A stretch of DNA of 63,622 bases, counting the filler, from Sanchytrium tribonematis (Eukaryota), in assembly GCA_018985235.1 (NCBI GenBank). It is 7 parts of 7 records of this genome, joined end to end, with 100 filler letters (N's around TTAATTAATTAA, not from the genome) between each part and the next. Parts side by side here need not be neighbours in the genome. Positions count along the whole stretch, not along the records: positions 57,963 to 63,622 come from JADGIG010000585.1; 6 more parts are not named here. One strand, written 5' to 3'. The translations under genes were made by a program, and so were the position numbers. Below are positions 62,279 to 63,622 of this stretch, one piece after another. Below the pieces are notes generated by a model. The model saw nothing but the letters and a program-made list of their open reading frames with translations, was not told where the DNA came from and did not search any database. The stretch's first letter is position 1, and every line of letters begins with the position of its first letter.

Positions 62279-62862
62279 TTTGATCCAATTACCATTCCTT
62301 GCATTATCCCAGTTGGCTGTATCGTAATAAGATTCTGAATGAGAAAGATATCTCTAAAAATTTCCCATTTATCTACTTTGGGATCATAATTATGTGAATA
62401 AAAACACAGCCCCATTATCTTATGACTACCCATGCTATTTGACTCAATTTGTGTTGAGCGCATTGGTGAAACCCCTACTTCTCGAAAAGTTATAGTGATT
62501 GGCTTTCTGTTTATTAATCTACTTCCTAAAATTAAATCTATCATTAAGAAAACACGAGCAACCACCAAATTCTTTTATCCAGTTCACTCGATTTGTATAA
62601 ATTTTCCATATGCTAATTTAAATGGCGTAAAATATCATGAAGTTACCCCAGTCTTTAAAAATGCTGTAAAAAACATGAAATTGAATTTTTGGAAAATCTC
62701 CTGTCTAGTTTCCACAGAGCATGTCCCATATATGCGAGCAAGATTGTTTTTAAGTAATATCACCTCAAGTGAAAAAAGCAACATGATATTTCCTTAGAAT
62801 AGAATCACACCAATCAAATCAAGCCCTAAATTATTAAAATCTCTTGACATCTAATCTAATCA

Positions 62863-63315
62863 ATGAGTAAACAGTTATCACCTACTCTGGTACATGCAAT
62901 CACATCTACTTCGAAGTCGGTGCTGCACGTACCTAGTAGCCCTACCACTCATGTCGACAAATTTATTCAACGAATCGTTAAGGATTCGAAAATCACCCCA
63001 CTCGTCATTGTCGTTGCCTTGATGTATCTGAACAGATTGAAAGACATTTTACCGAAAGACGCTGTGGGCGGTGAAGATACCTGTCAAAGACTATTCTTAA
63101 GTGCCATTTTGATAGCTTCTAAATCATGTTACGATTATTGTTTAAGAACCAAAAGATTAGCCAAACATACCTACGGTATCTATAACACCAAAGAATTATT
63201 TAAAATGGAGATGTCTTTGTTGAAATTATTGAATTTCAATACAAGAGTAACGCAAGAAAAAATCGACGACTTTTTAAAAGAGATGAAAATGGATAAAATC
63301 GAGATAGGTTTGTAG
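62863..63315 (+). CDS. Pcl1/Pho80-family cyclin
   Basis: FIQRIV..VALMYLNRL..TCQRLFLSAILIASK..D..MEMSLLKLLNFN. Confidence 0.88.
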   Translation: MSKQLSPTLVHAITSTSKSVLHVPSSPTTHVDKFIQRIVKDSKITPLVIVVALMYLNRLKDILPKDAVGGEDTCQRLFLSAILIASKSCYDYCLRTKRLAKHTYGIYNTKELFKMEMSLLKLLNFNTRVTQEKIDDFLKEMKMDKIEIGL

Positions 63316-63622
63316 CAATTGCCTTTTATAAGCGCAAAATAAAATTACTGTCAAAGTCTTTTCTTTCAATTAAGAATTACTATCTAACTAACAGTACTTG
63401 TTAATTTTACAGGAGCAATATTGCACTCGAAGAATTAAGTGTATTTTGATTCAAGGAACTTGATACATGTCTCAAAGTAATGGTAAAATTTAAGGATCCG
63501 TTTTGAGAAAGCTGTGATTAATATTCCGAACCCTTGTTCTATATGCGTAGAATACCATATTGCAATTGGTGTTGACTTATTGTTGGCTGCGATAACTTTG
63601 ATTTCAGTATACAAAAGCGGGA

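Noticed and set aside
62354..62376. 23-nt intron linking an upstream ATG to the 61682 ORF
   Set aside because: In frame, but it lacks the -6 A consensus and has no homology support; left unconfirmed.
316..62797. Many short antisense or nested ORFs in the supplied track (e.g. 316-597, 967-1323, 17540-17875, 54513-54794)
   Set aside because: They are shadows of well-supported genes on the other strand or frame and show no motifs.

Overview
This is AT-rich, extremely gene-dense eukaryotic nuclear DNA. The gene content (Sin3, Yak1, Hir3-like, Pcl cyclin, SUR1-type GT32, Trs65-like, plus centriole-type FOP/LisH and TPX2) points to an early-diverging, probably zoosporic fungus or other holomycotan; a sanchytrid-like organism is only a guess. 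The window is not contiguous. Seven contigs (1-28844, 28945-34682, 34783-40511, 40612-46307, 46408-52090, 52191-57862, 57963-63622) are joined by artificial 100-nt N44-TTAATTAATTAA-N44 linkers. Most of it is housekeeping genes with intergenic gaps of 0-50 nt. Main observations: (1) ultra-short 19-20 nt GT-AG introns with an invariant A at -6 rejoin or complete seven broken ORFs; (2) a non-LTR retrotransposon (APE-RT-RNase H) carries an apparent ubiquitin-like domain ending in LGG ahead of the endonuclease; (3) both ends of contig 5 match one internal inverted repeat carrying RRP45, which closes into a ~6.2 kb circle or tandem unit; (4) microsporidia-like CCCC/GGGG runs lie just upstream of many start codons, and some head-to-head genes have no spacer; (5) there is a C/D snoRNA (snR39B/SNORD2-like), a Crypton-like remnant and several small secreted protein families. 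All calls come from reading the sequence; no searches were run.
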